Below are positions 28,996 to 38,972 of a DNA stretch of 56,620 bases, piece by piece. The translations under genes and the position numbers were made by a program. Under the pieces are notes generated by a model. That model was given only the letters and a program-made list of their open reading frames with translations. It had not been told where the DNA came from and did not search any database. Positions within the stretch are counted from its first letter, which is position 1. Every line of letters begins with the position of its first letter. The DNA comes from Acidimicrobiia bacterium (lineage in GTDB: Bacteria > Actinomycetota > Acidimicrobiia > Acidimicrobiales > SZUA-35): contig QIKW01000079.1 in assembly GCA_003231975.1 (NCBI GenBank), forward strand, positions 1 through 56,620. The letters are read 5' to 3'.

Positions 28996-30267
28996 ATGCC
29001 CGGGGTGACCGAACGCAGACGCTCCAGGGTTGGCGGGCTGGCAGTGCCGCGGCTTGCGTGGCGGCCGCTAGGCGGCTTCTTTGGTCCGGATACCGCAGAC
29101 GCTAGGCAGAGCCTGACCGCCCTGGCCTTTTCGGCTCTCACCAGCGTGGTGGCAGGTCTCACACTGGCGTCCCGCGAGGATCAGCTGCGACAGCTGCCTG
29201 GCCTTCTGCTGTTCATTCCAGCCACAATTGGCCTGAGGGGAAACGTGTTCGGGCCCTTTGGCGCCCGCCTATCCACAGCCATTCAGACAGGGCAGTTTTC
29301 ATGGAGTTGGCGGCCAGATTCTGTGCTTGGTCAGAACTTGATTGCCGTTTTTGTGAATTCGCTGGCCGCCGGGCTTGGTCTGGCTGGTGCAGCAGAACTG
29401 CTCGCTCTTGCGATCGAGACAGAGGGAATCATTCCGATTGGTTTCAGCGATTTCATCATCGTTTCGATTATCGGCGGCATGCTGGCCTCGGTTGTTGTTC
29501 TGGTGGCCACCCTCGGGCTCACTGTCGCCTCGGTCCGCTTCAACTGGGATCTCGACAACGTTACGGCCCCTATGGTCACCGCGGTTGGAGACCTGGTAAC
29601 CCTGCCGGCGCTCGTTGTCAGCACAGTTTTGGTAAGACGGGGCGATCTCACGGTGGCTGTGGCAACAGTGGCCGGGGTGGTAACCCTTGCGGTGCTTGTT
29701 GGGTTGTGGCGATCAACCCTGAACACGGCTCGCCGCATCGTGCAAGAGTCGATCCCCGTACTGCTAGCCGCAGGCATGCTCAGCTTGGTGGCCGGTCTCG
29801 CGATCGAGCGGTTCGAGGCTCGTTTGTCCTGGGTGCTGCTGGTTCTGCTTCCCGGCTACCTTGGCTCAGCGGGGGCCCTCGGGGGCATTCTGGCCAACCG
29901 GCTTAGTACGCGGGTTCACCTTGGCCTGGTGGAGCCAACGAGGCTGCCTACAGGGCTGGCACGGAAGGACATGGGCGTAACCCTTGCGCTCGCGGTCCCC
30001 ATCTTTATCCTTCTGGCCATTATTGCGCAGGGCACAGCTCTATTGAGTGGCGAGGCAAGCCCCGGCCTGGCGCTTCTGGTTGCGGTTGCTCTTACCGGCG
30101 GTGTTGCGGCCACGCTCCTGGCGTTGGCCATTGCCTACTATGGAACATTGCTTGTGGTTCGCTTCGGCCTTGACCCCGACAACCTGGCCATCCCGATGGT
30201 GACGGCAAGCCTCGACGTGGTTGGTGCCCTCACGCTGGTTGCCTCTATTGCATTGTGGCGCTTGTGA
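28996..30267 (+). CDS. MgtE/SLC41-type membrane cation transporter (two internal repeats)
   Basis: P...GLRGN..G..GARLST and D.DNV..P..T..GD repeated as GALGGI.A.RLST and DPDN..IP..T...D. Confidence 0.82.
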   Translation: MPGVTERRRSRVGGLAVPRLAWRPLGGFFGPDTADARQSLTALAFSALTSVVAGLTLASREDQLRQLPGLLLFIPATIGLRGNVFGPFGARLSTAIQTGQFSWSWRPDSVLGQNLIAVFVNSLAAGLGLAGAAELLALAIETEGIIPIGFSDFIIVSIIGGMLASVVVLVATLGLTVASVRFNWDLDNVTAPMVTAVGDLVTLPALVVSTVLVRRGDLTVAVATVAGVVTLAVLVGLWRSTLNTARRIVQESIPVLLAAGMLSLVAGLAIERFEARLSWVLLVLLPGYLGSAGALGGILANRLSTRVHLGLVEPTRLPTGLARKDMGVTLALAVPIFILLAIIAQGTALLSGEASPGLALLVAVALTGGVAATLLALAIAYYGTLLVVRFGLDPDNLAIPMVTASLDVVGALTLVASIALWRL

Positions 30268-30325
30268 GCGAAGCGCAGCAGACCGTTCGTGGCATGATTT
30301 CTCAAACAAGGAAGCGATCGCCCTG

Positions 30326-31543
30326 ATGGAATCTCGAAACTTGCGGGAAATGCTGGCCGAGGCCAAGGACACCAGCGAGCTGATGGTTGATCTCGCCTAC
30401 GCCGCGGTCTACTTCGATGACCCCGAGATGGCAGACGAGGTTGACCGCCTCGAAGGCCAGATCACCGAGCTCGTTCACCAGATGCGGGCACTTTCCATTA
30501 TCGCGGTTCGCAACCCTCGTGAGGCCGACGCAATGTCTGCGGTTCTTCAGGTGATCTCGGCAGTGGAGCGCATTGGAAACGACGCGGTTGACATTGCCCG
30601 AATCGTCACTCGTCGCCTTGGCATACCCCGCGAGCTGGTTTTGGATCTCACTGATGCCGAAGAAGTCTCGCATCGGGTTGAGGTGGCGGACGGCTCGCAC
30701 TTCGCCAACCGGCCCCTTTCCTCCTTCGAACTTCCAGTGGTAACAGGCATGCGGGTAATGGCTGTGCGCCGCGGTCGAAGCTGGATTGTTGATCCTGGCG
30801 GAAGGGACATTTTGGCCCCCGGAGACGTTCTGTTTCTGCGTGGCTCACCAGACGGAATCGCCCGGTTACGAGAACTGGCGGGGATGGCAGAGTGGATCCC
30901 CCCTGAGATCCACGAACCGTCTGAACTCACCGACCTTGACCGGGCCGTCGACACTCTGGTTGAGATGAAGAACCTCAGCGAGGTCGCCGTTGGTCTTGCC
31001 TACTCGGCCCTTGTTTTCAGAGATCGGAGCCTCGCCGCTGAGGTGCGCCATCTAGAAGACCGTCTGGACGAGATGAAGTATCGTCTCGAAATGTGGGTGC
31101 TGAGGGCTGCGGCCGATGGGGCTGATCCCTCTCCGCTCCGAGGGCTGCTTCACCTGGGTCAGGCGGCTGAAGACCTCGGCGACCAGGCCCAATCCATGGT
31201 GTGGTTGATCGAAGAATCCTCCGACCTGCATCACCCTGTGCTTGGAATTGCCTTAGGTGACACAGACGACATCGTGGTCCGACTGCCGGTTGGGGAAGGC
31301 TCACAGGTTGTTGGCAAGTCCCTTGCGCAGTTGGAGTTACCGATTGAGCCGGGATTCGATGTGTTGGCGATCGAGAGTGATGGCCGCTACGCCTACCGCC
31401 CGCGCAGCTCAGCCGTGCTCAAAGTTGGTGACCAGATTCTTGCCAACGGACCAGAAGAGGGTCGTGTCGCCCTTGCCGAGATGCTTGGCTGGAACCTTGT
31501 CGAGGACGACGAGGGTGAAATTGAGTTGTTGCCGTTGCAATAG
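30326..31543 (+). CDS. PhoU plus TrkA_C (RCK_C) duplicated-domain regulatory protein
   Basis: EAKDTSELMVDLAYAA and EMKNLSEVAVGLAYSA helical repeats, each followed by a TrkA_C-like segment. Confidence 0.8.
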   Translation: MESRNLREMLAEAKDTSELMVDLAYAAVYFDDPEMADEVDRLEGQITELVHQMRALSIIAVRNPREADAMSAVLQVISAVERIGNDAVDIARIVTRRLGIPRELVLDLTDAEEVSHRVEVADGSHFANRPLSSFELPVVTGMRVMAVRRGRSWIVDPGGRDILAPGDVLFLRGSPDGIARLRELAGMAEWIPPEIHEPSELTDLDRAVDTLVEMKNLSEVAVGLAYSALVFRDRSLAAEVRHLEDRLDEMKYRLEMWVLRAAADGADPSPLRGLLHLGQAAEDLGDQAQSMVWLIEESSDLHHPVLGIALGDTDDIVVRLPVGEGSQVVGKSLAQLELPIEPGFDVLAIESDGRYAYRPRSSAVLKVGDQILANGPEEGRVALAEMLGWNLVEDDEGEIELLPLQ

Positions 31544-31602
31544 TCAGTAACTAGCGGGCCCCAGCGTCGGTCGGTCACCGGGCTTGGTAGTAACGTTCGC
31601 TG

Positions 31603-32430
31603 ATGGCAGGGATCAAGTCAATGGGGCTATATCGCAACACAGATCGCATTCTGGCCGATCTCGCCGCCGACGGTTTTGGTGCCGGTCAACCGCTCACGGT
31701 TGCCGATCTCACCCCGTATGACCAGTACCACTACGAGGGCACCAGTGCAGTTGACAAGGCATGCCACATGCTGGGTGTTCGGCCCGGTTCTAGAGTTCTC
31801 GACATCGGATCTGGGTTGGGAGGCCCGGCAAGATACATCGCCAACCGGACCGGGGCGATGGTCACAGCTCTTGAGATCCAGGCCGATCTGCACGCCACGT
31901 CTGAGGAGTTGACAGCTCGTTGCGGGCTTGGCGATTTGGTCGAGCACGTCAATGGAGACATGTTGCTTGGCGCCGCAGGCAAAGGCCGGTTCAGTGGCAT
32001 CGTGTCAATGCTCTGCTTCCTTCACATCCCAGACCGCCAAACTCTGTTCGACCAGTGCGCTGCTGCCCTTCAGCCTGGAGGAGCGATGTTTGTCGATGAC
32101 TATTACCAGAAGCAGCCGCTTACTGAAACCGAACAGGCCGAGCTGGCCCAGAAGGTTTACTGCCCTTACCTGCCCGATCGAGAGACCTATGCAGCCGACG
32201 TTGAGGGCGCCGGTTTTGTGGGTCTTGAGATCATTGACAAAACGGCAGACTGGGCCAGCTTTGTTGTTGACAGGTTGGCGAAGTTCAAGCTGGCAACTCC
32301 CGGTCGCATCGACCGTTACGGAGCTGACACCGTTCGCTCACTCGACGATTTCTATTCAAGCGTGGCCCAGCTGTTTACCAACGGAGGGTTGGGTGGCCTC
32401 CGCCTCGTTGCCCGACTTCCTGACGAGTAG
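31603..32430 (+). CDS. Class I SAM-dependent methyltransferase (small-molecule N/S-methyltransferase-like)
   Basis: VLDIGSGLGGPARY; DQYHY.G; FLHIPDR; L.PGG. Confidence 0.85.
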   Translation: MAGIKSMGLYRNTDRILADLAADGFGAGQPLTVADLTPYDQYHYEGTSAVDKACHMLGVRPGSRVLDIGSGLGGPARYIANRTGAMVTALEIQADLHATSEELTARCGLGDLVEHVNGDMLLGAAGKGRFSGIVSMLCFLHIPDRQTLFDQCAAALQPGGAMFVDDYYQKQPLTETEQAELAQKVYCPYLPDRETYAADVEGAGFVGLEIIDKTADWASFVVDRLAKFKLATPGRIDRYGADTVRSLDDFYSSVAQLFTNGGLGGLRLVARLPDE

Positions 32431-32482
32431 CCGGGGGCAGTTTGGGTCCTCAGCCGCTGTAAGCGGCCTGTGGTGATCTAGA

Positions 32483-33568
32483 TCAGTTTTGAGGGGGAGG
32501 TGGCAGCGGCGGCGACGGTGCCTGCGGGGCCCTGGTGGTTTGGCGCCGAGCCGGGGCCGGCTGGGACTTTGGGGCCGCTGCTCCGGCCGCTTTTGGCAGC
32601 TCGGCAACTGCCCCGTTTGAATCGTCGCCGTCGCCACGGAGCATTTCGGCAATGCCGCCGATGGCTCCGAGGGTGGCGCTCATGTCGGCAGGCACAAAGA
32701 TCTTGGTTGCTGTTCCGTTGGCGATCGCTTCGAGTGTCTCGAGATACTTGATGGCAATCACCCGGTCGTCCGTGCCGGAATTGATGATGGCGCCGAACAC
32801 CGACTCTATGGCTGTGGCTTCGCCGGCGGCCACCACTTCCTGACGGAACTGTTCAGCTTCGGCTCGGGTTCGAATCGATTGGGCTTCACCTTCGGCCCGA
32901 AGGATGTCTCGTTGACGCTGGCCTTCGGCTGTGAGGATGGCGCTCTGCTTCTCGCCCTCGGCTTCGGTAATTGCCGCCTCGCGGGTACCTTCGGCCTGGG
33001 TGACCACCGCTCGACGGGTTCGTTCGGCTTTCATCTGCTCGTGCATTGCGCTCATCACGTCGGCCGGCGGGTCGATCCGTTGGATCTCGACCCGGACCAC
33101 ACGAACGCCCCACTTATCAGTTGCTTCGTCGAGAATCTCGCGAAGTGTGGTGTTTACCCGCTCCCGGGAAGTGAAGGCCTCGTCGAGGGTCATCTCACCA
33201 ACAACGTTACGGAGGTTGGTCTGAGCCAGCTTGGTGACAGCCAGCATGAAGTTGGAAACGTTGTAGAGGAGGCGCTGGGGATCGGTTGCCTCGAAATAAA
33301 CAACAGCATCAACCGCAGCGGTCACATTGTCCTGGGTGATGACCTCCTGGGGCGGCACGTCGATTACTTGCTCGCGCATGTCTACTTTGCGCAGTTTGTC
33401 GACCAAAGGCACGATCAGCCTTAGGCCGGGGCCGGCGGTTTGTTTGTACTTTCCAAGTCTTTCGATTACCCCGTTCTGATAGGGGCTGACGATCTTTACT
33501 GCCATCGCCACGTAAACGATGGCGAAAAAGATCAGGATCAGAAGAATGGACCCGAGTGCGGCTGCCAT
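32483..33568 (-). CDS. SPFH/stomatin-like (QmcA) membrane protein
   Basis: N-terminal TM; ERLGKY; VIT.DN; [11 protein letters not shown]; WGV.V.RVEI; AEG repeats. Confidence 0.93.
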   Translation of the reverse strand: MAAALGSILLILIFFAIVYVAMAVKIVSPYQNGVIERLGKYKQTAGPGLRLIVPLVDKLRKVDMREQVIDVPPQEVITQDNVTAAVDAVVYFEATDPQRLLYNVSNFMLAVTKLAQTNLRNVVGEMTLDEAFTSRERVNTTLREILDEATDKWGVRVVRVEIQRIDPPADVMSAMHEQMKAERTRRAVVTQAEGTREAAITEAEGEKQSAILTAEGQRQRDILRAEGEAQSIRTRAEAEQFRQEVVAAGEATAIESVFGAIINSGTDDRVIAIKYLETLEAIANGTATKIFVPADMSATLGAIGGIAEMLRGDGDDSNGAVAELPKAAGAAAPKSQPAPARRQTTRAPQAPSPPLPPPPQN

Positions 33569-33631
33569 TGAAATCTGGTCTCGCTTTCTTTGTCGGTGGG
33601 GATTTTGGTTTGGAGGTCTTGGGGCGGGGTA

Positions 33632-34111
33632 CTAGGTATACCGGTCGAGGCCCGCCTCGACCGCCGGAGTAACCATAACTTTTGTGCCACGTACTTGAAC
33701 GATCTGGACCGCGGTGCCAACAGGTAGGCCCAGCTCGGTTGCGCTCAGAGCAGTCCAGGTTTCGCCACCGGCCTTGATCATTCCGGTTTGCTCAGCACCA
33801 GCCGGGATCCCCTCGGTCACGGTGGCCTCCTGGCCGATCAGCCGGTTGGCGCCGATGCCGGGAATGGGGGGAACGTCAATGTCAAGCCGCTTTGCCAGCG
33901 GGCGAATACCGAGGAAAGCAAGGACCGAACCCACCAGGAACACGATCCACCCAACCGCTATTGGTAGGCCGATGAAGCTGACGATGGCAGCGGGCACGGC
34001 AGCGATGGCGAAGGGCGCCAACCAGAATGTTCCGGCAGCTAGCATTTCACCGATACCAAGCGTGGCGGCGGCCGCCAACCAAATGCCACCCCAAACAACC
34101 GGGTCGTCCAT
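33632..34111 (-). CDS. NfeD-family protein (SPFH partner)
   Basis: TM segments, then OB-like RLIG..A.V...GE.W.A...G..V.IV.V.G; ATG at 34111 after GGAGGA. Confidence 0.88.
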   Translation of the reverse strand: MDDPVVWGGIWLAAAATLGIGEMLAAGTFWLAPFAIAAVPAAIVSFIGLPIAVGWIVFLVGSVLAFLGIRPLAKRLDIDVPPIPGIGANRLIGQEATVTEGIPAGAEQTGMIKAGGETWTALSATELGLPVGTAVQIVQVRGTKVMVTPAVEAGLDRYT

Positions 34112-34191
34112 CGTTCCTCCTAATCGTGTAGACGTGACACTACTAACGACGGAGGGCACCTGCCGGGTTCCCGGCCGATAGCGTTTTCGAA

Positions 34192-35037
34192 ATGGCCCGG
34201 TTAATCACGATTCATGCCCACCCAGACGACGAGGCTTCCAAAGGTGCCCCAACCGTTGCGAAGTACGTGGCCGAGGGCCACGAGGCGTACCTCGTGTGCG
34301 CCACTGGCGGTGAAGAGGGTTCAATTCAGAATCCGGCAATGGACCGGCCAGAGATTCGGGACAACCTCACCCAGGTGAGGGCTGATGAGTTGGCCCGATC
34401 GGTGAAGGCGATTGGCTTTCATGAGTGCATCATGTTGGGTTTCCGTGACTCGGGGATGGACGGGGAGGAGGCGAACAACCACCCTGAAAGCTTCTGGCAG
34501 GCGGATCTCGACGACGCCGCGGGCCGGCTGGTTCAGATCATCAGGCGGCTCAGGCCGCACGTGATGATTACCTACTCAGACGACCAGCAGGGGTATCGCC
34601 ATCCCGACCATCTGAGAGTGCATGACATAAGCCTGCTGGCATTTGACCGAGCCGGGGATCCTGCCTGGTATTCCGACTTGGGAGATCCTTGGGTTCCCCA
34701 GAAGCTCTATTATTCCAGCTGGAGCCGCGCCCGCCTCAGCGCTTGGCACAAGAAGTATCAAGAGCTCGGGCTGGAGTCCCCGTTCGACGAGAAATGGTTC
34801 GACCGACCAGACACAGACCACCGGATCACAACCAAGGTTGAGATATCTGAGCACTGGAGCGCCAGGCGTGAAGCTCTGCTGGCTCACGCCACCCAGATTG
34901 ACCCAGCCGAGAAGTTCTGGTTTGGCTTACCTGAGGATGCGGCGGTTCAGGCCTATCCGTATGAGGACTACATCCTGGCCAAGTCGGTTCGCCCAGTTCA
35001 CAGGCCAGAGTCCGACTTGTTTGCCGGAATTGTCTGA
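34192..35037 (+). CDS. mca: Mycothiol S-conjugate amidase (PIG-L/LmbE family)
   Basis: HAHPDDEASKG; TGGEEG; LGFRDSG; GYRHPDH; ALLAHATQIDP; DLFAGI. Confidence 0.88.
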   Translation: MARLITIHAHPDDEASKGAPTVAKYVAEGHEAYLVCATGGEEGSIQNPAMDRPEIRDNLTQVRADELARSVKAIGFHECIMLGFRDSGMDGEEANNHPESFWQADLDDAAGRLVQIIRRLRPHVMITYSDDQQGYRHPDHLRVHDISLLAFDRAGDPAWYSDLGDPWVPQKLYYSSWSRARLSAWHKKYQELGLESPFDEKWFDRPDTDHRITTKVEISEHWSARREALLAHATQIDPAEKFWFGLPEDAAVQAYPYEDYILAKSVRPVHRPESDLFAGIV

Positions 35038-35396
35038 TGGCGGCCTTTGGTGCTGACCCGTTTGGGTCTGAGTGGGTGGAGGAGGTGGTTGCGCTTTCGG
35101 CAGGACGAGAGCCAATCCCCGGCATGACTGGGGTGGTGGCGCTTGGGATCGGATCCAAGGTTGACACCACCAACGCACACGTGTTCTTGTCGATCACCGA
35201 TGGCATTGCCGACGGGTCGACGTCTAACACCCCAGACGTCACGTTGCCCTTCACCAAACGCCAGGTCGAGCGATGGCTGGAAGGCGAGCTTGTTCTGACA
35301 GAGGCATACATGAAAGGCGACATCAAGCCGGTTGGTGCCAGCGGCCCCTTGTTCGCCGCCCTCGAGCTTCTGGACTGGTTGGCTTCCGGAGCGTGA
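35037..35396 (+). CDS. SCP2 sterol-binding-domain-like protein
   Basis: F.S.EW; PDVTL; AYMKGDIK..G motif. Confidence 0.65.
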   Translation: MAAFGADPFGSEWVEEVVALSAGREPIPGMTGVVALGIGSKVDTTNAHVFLSITDGIADGSTSNTPDVTLPFTKRQVERWLEGELVLTEAYMKGDIKPVGASGPLFAALELLDWLASGA

Positions 35397-35521
35397 GCCT
35401 TGCGGCCGAGCCCGTGTTGCAGATTGCTCGCTGGAAGCGCCAAAGATCAGAAGTTGCCCATGGATATCTCGTCGATCGTGGTGTAGCTTCTGCTCTTGCA
35501 AGATGCGGGAGGGTTGGGCTA

Positions 35522-36445
35522 GTGACGTACATTGCGGTGTTCGGGGCGCTGATTCCAGCGCTGTATGTCCTGGGCCGTCAGAATGCCATCGTTTTCCGGC
35601 TGGCGGCAGCTGGCCTGGCGGTTGGAGCATTGGCTGTGGCGTCTCGTCCGGCGCTCGTTCTTTCCGGTTCTTTGATTCTGGTGCTTCTTTTGATCTGGTT
35701 TCGGCGGTCAAGTTGGCCCTCGCCTCCAGAACGGTCGCTTCGGCTCAACGCAATGTGGGCAGCAGCCAGAATTCTTGTGATGCCGCTGCCCTTTGGCGCA
35801 GGTTTCCTCGTCGCCCTTGGCCTTCCCCGCGGCCTAGACGTGATTCCGGTGCCAAGCCTGGGATGGCGAACGATAATCGTTGGCTTTGTTTCATTTCTGG
35901 CAGCGGATCTCACAAACTACTGGAGCCACCGGCTCCGCCATCGGGTGCCTGCCCTGTGGAACTTCCACGAGATTCACCATTCCGATACTACCCTTGGCCC
36001 AATCACCACCAGGCGTCAGCACGTGGTCGACTATCTTCTTGCCAGAACAGTGAGGATCATCCCGGTCATGTTGATTGGCCCCCAGTATCTCGCTGGATTC
36101 CTGCCATGGGCGTTGATCCGAGGAGCGGCGGGCTACTACCACCACTCGGCAACCACCGTTGAGTTCGGCCCGCTGAGGTACCTGATCACAACCCCGGCTG
36201 CTCATCGGCTCCATCACTCAACCAACCCCGCGCATTTCGGTTGTAACTTCTCGCCGGTGCTGATCATTTGGGACCGAATCTTCGGAACATACCTGGCGCC
36301 AACCGGCCAGCCCGTCTCCACCGGTGTTGTGGATTCTTCCTTGCCAAACGAAACTGACGACGACCGAGCTTTGATCGCCGTTTTCTTCGCCCAGTTCATC
36401 CACCCCTTCCGCAAGCTTGGACTGGCCAGAGTTCTGCCAACGTGA
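35522..36445 (+). CDS. Sterol desaturase/fatty acid hydroxylase family membrane protein
   Basis: His boxes YWSHRLRH, FHEIHHS, YYHHS, HRLHHS; NF......WDRIFGT. Start uncertain (ORF open from 35273). Confidence 0.85.
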   Translation: MTYIAVFGALIPALYVLGRQNAIVFRLAAAGLAVGALAVASRPALVLSGSLILVLLLIWFRRSSWPSPPERSLRLNAMWAAARILVMPLPFGAGFLVALGLPRGLDVIPVPSLGWRTIIVGFVSFLAADLTNYWSHRLRHRVPALWNFHEIHHSDTTLGPITTRRQHVVDYLLARTVRIIPVMLIGPQYLAGFLPWALIRGAAGYYHHSATTVEFGPLRYLITTPAAHRLHHSTNPAHFGCNFSPVLIIWDRIFGTYLAPTGQPVSTGVVDSSLPNETDDDRALIAVFFAQFIHPFRKLGLARVLPT

Positions 36446-36456
36446 TTACCTAGAAA

Positions 36457-37827
36457 GTGGCCGCAGTTTCGGTTTTCCTCGTTCTTGTCTCGCTGGTCGC
36501 AGCCCTTGGCGCCCTACGAGTGCTTGGCCCAGACCCGCTTCAGGCCTCATTCGTGGCAACGGTGCTGCTAGCCACGGATTTCGCGATCCGCCCATTGGAG
36601 CTGGTTCTTGGCCTTGACAAGCCCTTTCCCGACGAAGCGTTTGCCGCCAGGTCGGTAAACGACGCCATCATCAAGGCTCAGCTGGCCTACCTTTTGTGGG
36701 TTCTGCTCTTCACTTTGTCTGTGATCTTGACCCGCGGCGTCAAGCCTCGACGCAAGCCATCTCGGAACTGGTTCCCCACCGATGAAGGCGTGCGTCGCCT
36801 CCTGCCGCTGCTGGCGGTTGTGGCTGTTGGGGCCAGCGCCGTGGTTTGGCAGCGCTACGGACTATCAAGCCTTGGGCGGGTTGCCAAATCCCGCGACGTC
36901 GACATTCCAAACTTCCTGCGGGCTCCGGCTGTTCTCTTGGCCTATCTGGGGGTGGCAACCGCGGTGGTTGGGCATCGAGACCGTTCGACCAAAACTCTCT
37001 GGTGGGGCTTGCTGGCCTTCTTGTTAGGTGCTGCAGTGAGTTTCAGCTGGGGGGCCCGAAGCACAGCCCTGCTACCGCTAGCAATCGTCGTTGGCTGGGC
37101 CTGGATCCGACGGCAAAGGGTGCGGTCCTTGAAGGCCCTATTTCGCCAGGTTGGCGTGGCGGCGTTGGTCGTGTTGGCGGTTGCTGGCGCCGGGTTGGGG
37201 CTGCGGGCCTTGCGTGAAGTGATCGCCTATGGCGAAACCAACGACCGCACAACGCAAGGGTCGCTGGTTAGACGCCTGGCGGTAACTACAAACCACACCC
37301 GCTATGACGCAAACCTGTTGCTGTTCGACGACGGTCAGCCTCAAGTGGAACAACCAGGGCTTGGGGTCTTCGTGGATGCTGTCGAGCGAAGCTTTTGGCC
37401 CGTTGGGACAGAGCGCTCGGGTCTTTTGATTCCGGCCCTCGAGGTGAGGCAGACCTTTGAGCCTGCAGCCCGCAACGGTTGGCCGCTAACAGCCCTAGGC
37501 GACTGGTTCTTTGCCGCAGGGTGGGCAGGCCTCTTTGTCGGTGCCACTCTTTCTGGGGTCTTGTTCGGCGCCATCGACAGGTGGCGCAACGCCAACAGGC
37601 AGAATGCGTGGGTGGCAGCCACGGCTCTCACAACCCTGTTTGCCACAACAGTCACTTGGGGCGGCTTCGGCGTTACCACTCCTGCTCGAGCTCGTTCGCT
37701 GTTGGTGATCGGGGTTTTGCTGCTGCTGGCCTGGTCTGTCGCAGACCGGATGTTTTCCCGTTGGCTCAGCTTGCGCGCCGGTGGAAAGGCCCAGTTTGCC
37801 TGCGAGAGCCAAAGCAGCAAGGCATGA
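36457..37827 (+). CDS. Polytopic membrane protein, probable polysaccharide polymerase (Wzy-like)
   Basis: About 11 TM with a large loop; G.R motif; P.TALGDW....G..G; lies upstream of glycosyltransferases. Confidence 0.6.
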   Translation: MAAVSVFLVLVSLVAALGALRVLGPDPLQASFVATVLLATDFAIRPLELVLGLDKPFPDEAFAARSVNDAIIKAQLAYLLWVLLFTLSVILTRGVKPRRKPSRNWFPTDEGVRRLLPLLAVVAVGASAVVWQRYGLSSLGRVAKSRDVDIPNFLRAPAVLLAYLGVATAVVGHRDRSTKTLWWGLLAFLLGAAVSFSWGARSTALLPLAIVVGWAWIRRQRVRSLKALFRQVGVAALVVLAVAGAGLGLRALREVIAYGETNDRTTQGSLVRRLAVTTNHTRYDANLLLFDDGQPQVEQPGLGVFVDAVERSFWPVGTERSGLLIPALEVRQTFEPAARNGWPLTALGDWFFAAGWAGLFVGATLSGVLFGAIDRWRNANRQNAWVAATALTTLFATTVTWGGFGVTTPARARSLLVIGVLLLLAWSVADRMFSRWLSLRAGGKAQFACESQSSKA

Positions 37828-38972
37828 GGCTTGGATTCTTCGACGATCGTTTTCAGATGGTCTATGGGGCGCAACGGAACATGTTGCTGCTGGCCCAACT
37901 GGCCGCAACAGAGGATCACGATGTGTGTTTTTACACAACCTATGCTGGGCCTTTGGCCGACGAGGCCAGACAGCTCGGGTTAAAGGTAAAAGTGGTAGGG
38001 GCACCGCTTGAACTTCGGCTCTTTGACAGAGCTGCGGTGACGAACGGGTTCGGCCAGATCCTGCGAACAGCGATTGCGGTCGCGGGGTATGGCGGCGAAT
38101 TGGCGGCCGTGCTTCGCCGGGACCAGCGGGAGGTTGTTCTGGCCTCCGGGATACGGTCTGCGGTGTTGTTGGGGAGATGGCAAGCAAACCGCGGAACCAA
38201 GCTGGTTCTGTATGCCCAGAACAACACCCCATTTGGAGTGGTGGCAGCCGTTGCTGGTTTGTTGAGCACCAGAATCGGCCTAATCGGGCCTAACGCCATG
38301 GCCACATTTCCGAGACGAACCCATCGCGTTCTTGCCGGCCGCTGCCGCCCACTTGCATCGGGCCGAGACCTGGGTGTTTACTCCGTCAAGCGTGTTCCCG
38401 GCCATCGGGGTGCCCGGTTGCGGGTGCTGACCGTGGCAGCAATCCAACGTCGGAAGGGTTTGCATTTGCTAATCGAAGCGGTTTCGGGAATTGACGTGGC
38501 CCATCGGCCAGTTGTCACAATCGTTGGCGGCGCCAGTGGCGAGCCCGCCGACCGCTATTTGGAGGAACTCCGGTCTCAGGCCGGCGACCAGCAGGTGGAT
38601 GTGGAGTTTGCCGGGTGGCAAGAAGACGTTATGCCGTTCCTGACCCGGTCCGACCTGTTCGTTCTGGCATCGTATGAGGAAGGCCTGCCTGGTGTGCTGA
38701 TTGAGGCGATGGCCAGTGGCTTGGCCTGCGTTACAACCGAAGCGGGCAACGCGGGCGACCTAGTTCGGCAGTGTGAGGGAGGCAGTGTTGTTGGAGTTGG
38801 AGACGTTGCCGGTCTTCGCCAGGCGATCGAGAAGTTTGATGGCGATCGAGACTTGTGTCGCAGAACTGGTGAGCGGGCCGCAGTCGCTGTTTCGAATCTC
38901 TACGGGCTCGACTCCTTTATCCGCCGGTTCGACGCCGTTCTGGCCGAGCTCTCAACCGATGCGGCCACGTGA
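37824..38972 (+). CDS. GT4 glycosyltransferase
   Basis: ATGA overlap at 37824; RKGL..LIEA; DLFVLAS.EEGLP.VLIEAMASG. Confidence 0.9.
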   Translation: MRLGFFDDRFQMVYGAQRNMLLLAQLAATEDHDVCFYTTYAGPLADEARQLGLKVKVVGAPLELRLFDRAAVTNGFGQILRTAIAVAGYGGELAAVLRRDQREVVLASGIRSAVLLGRWQANRGTKLVLYAQNNTPFGVVAAVAGLLSTRIGLIGPNAMATFPRRTHRVLAGRCRPLASGRDLGVYSVKRVPGHRGARLRVLTVAAIQRRKGLHLLIEAVSGIDVAHRPVVTIVGGASGEPADRYLEELRSQAGDQQVDVEFAGWQEDVMPFLTRSDLFVLASYEEGLPGVLIEAMASGLACVTTEAGNAGDLVRQCEGGSVVGVGDVAGLRQAIEKFDGDRDLCRRTGERAAVAVSNLYGLDSFIRRFDAVLAELSTDAAT

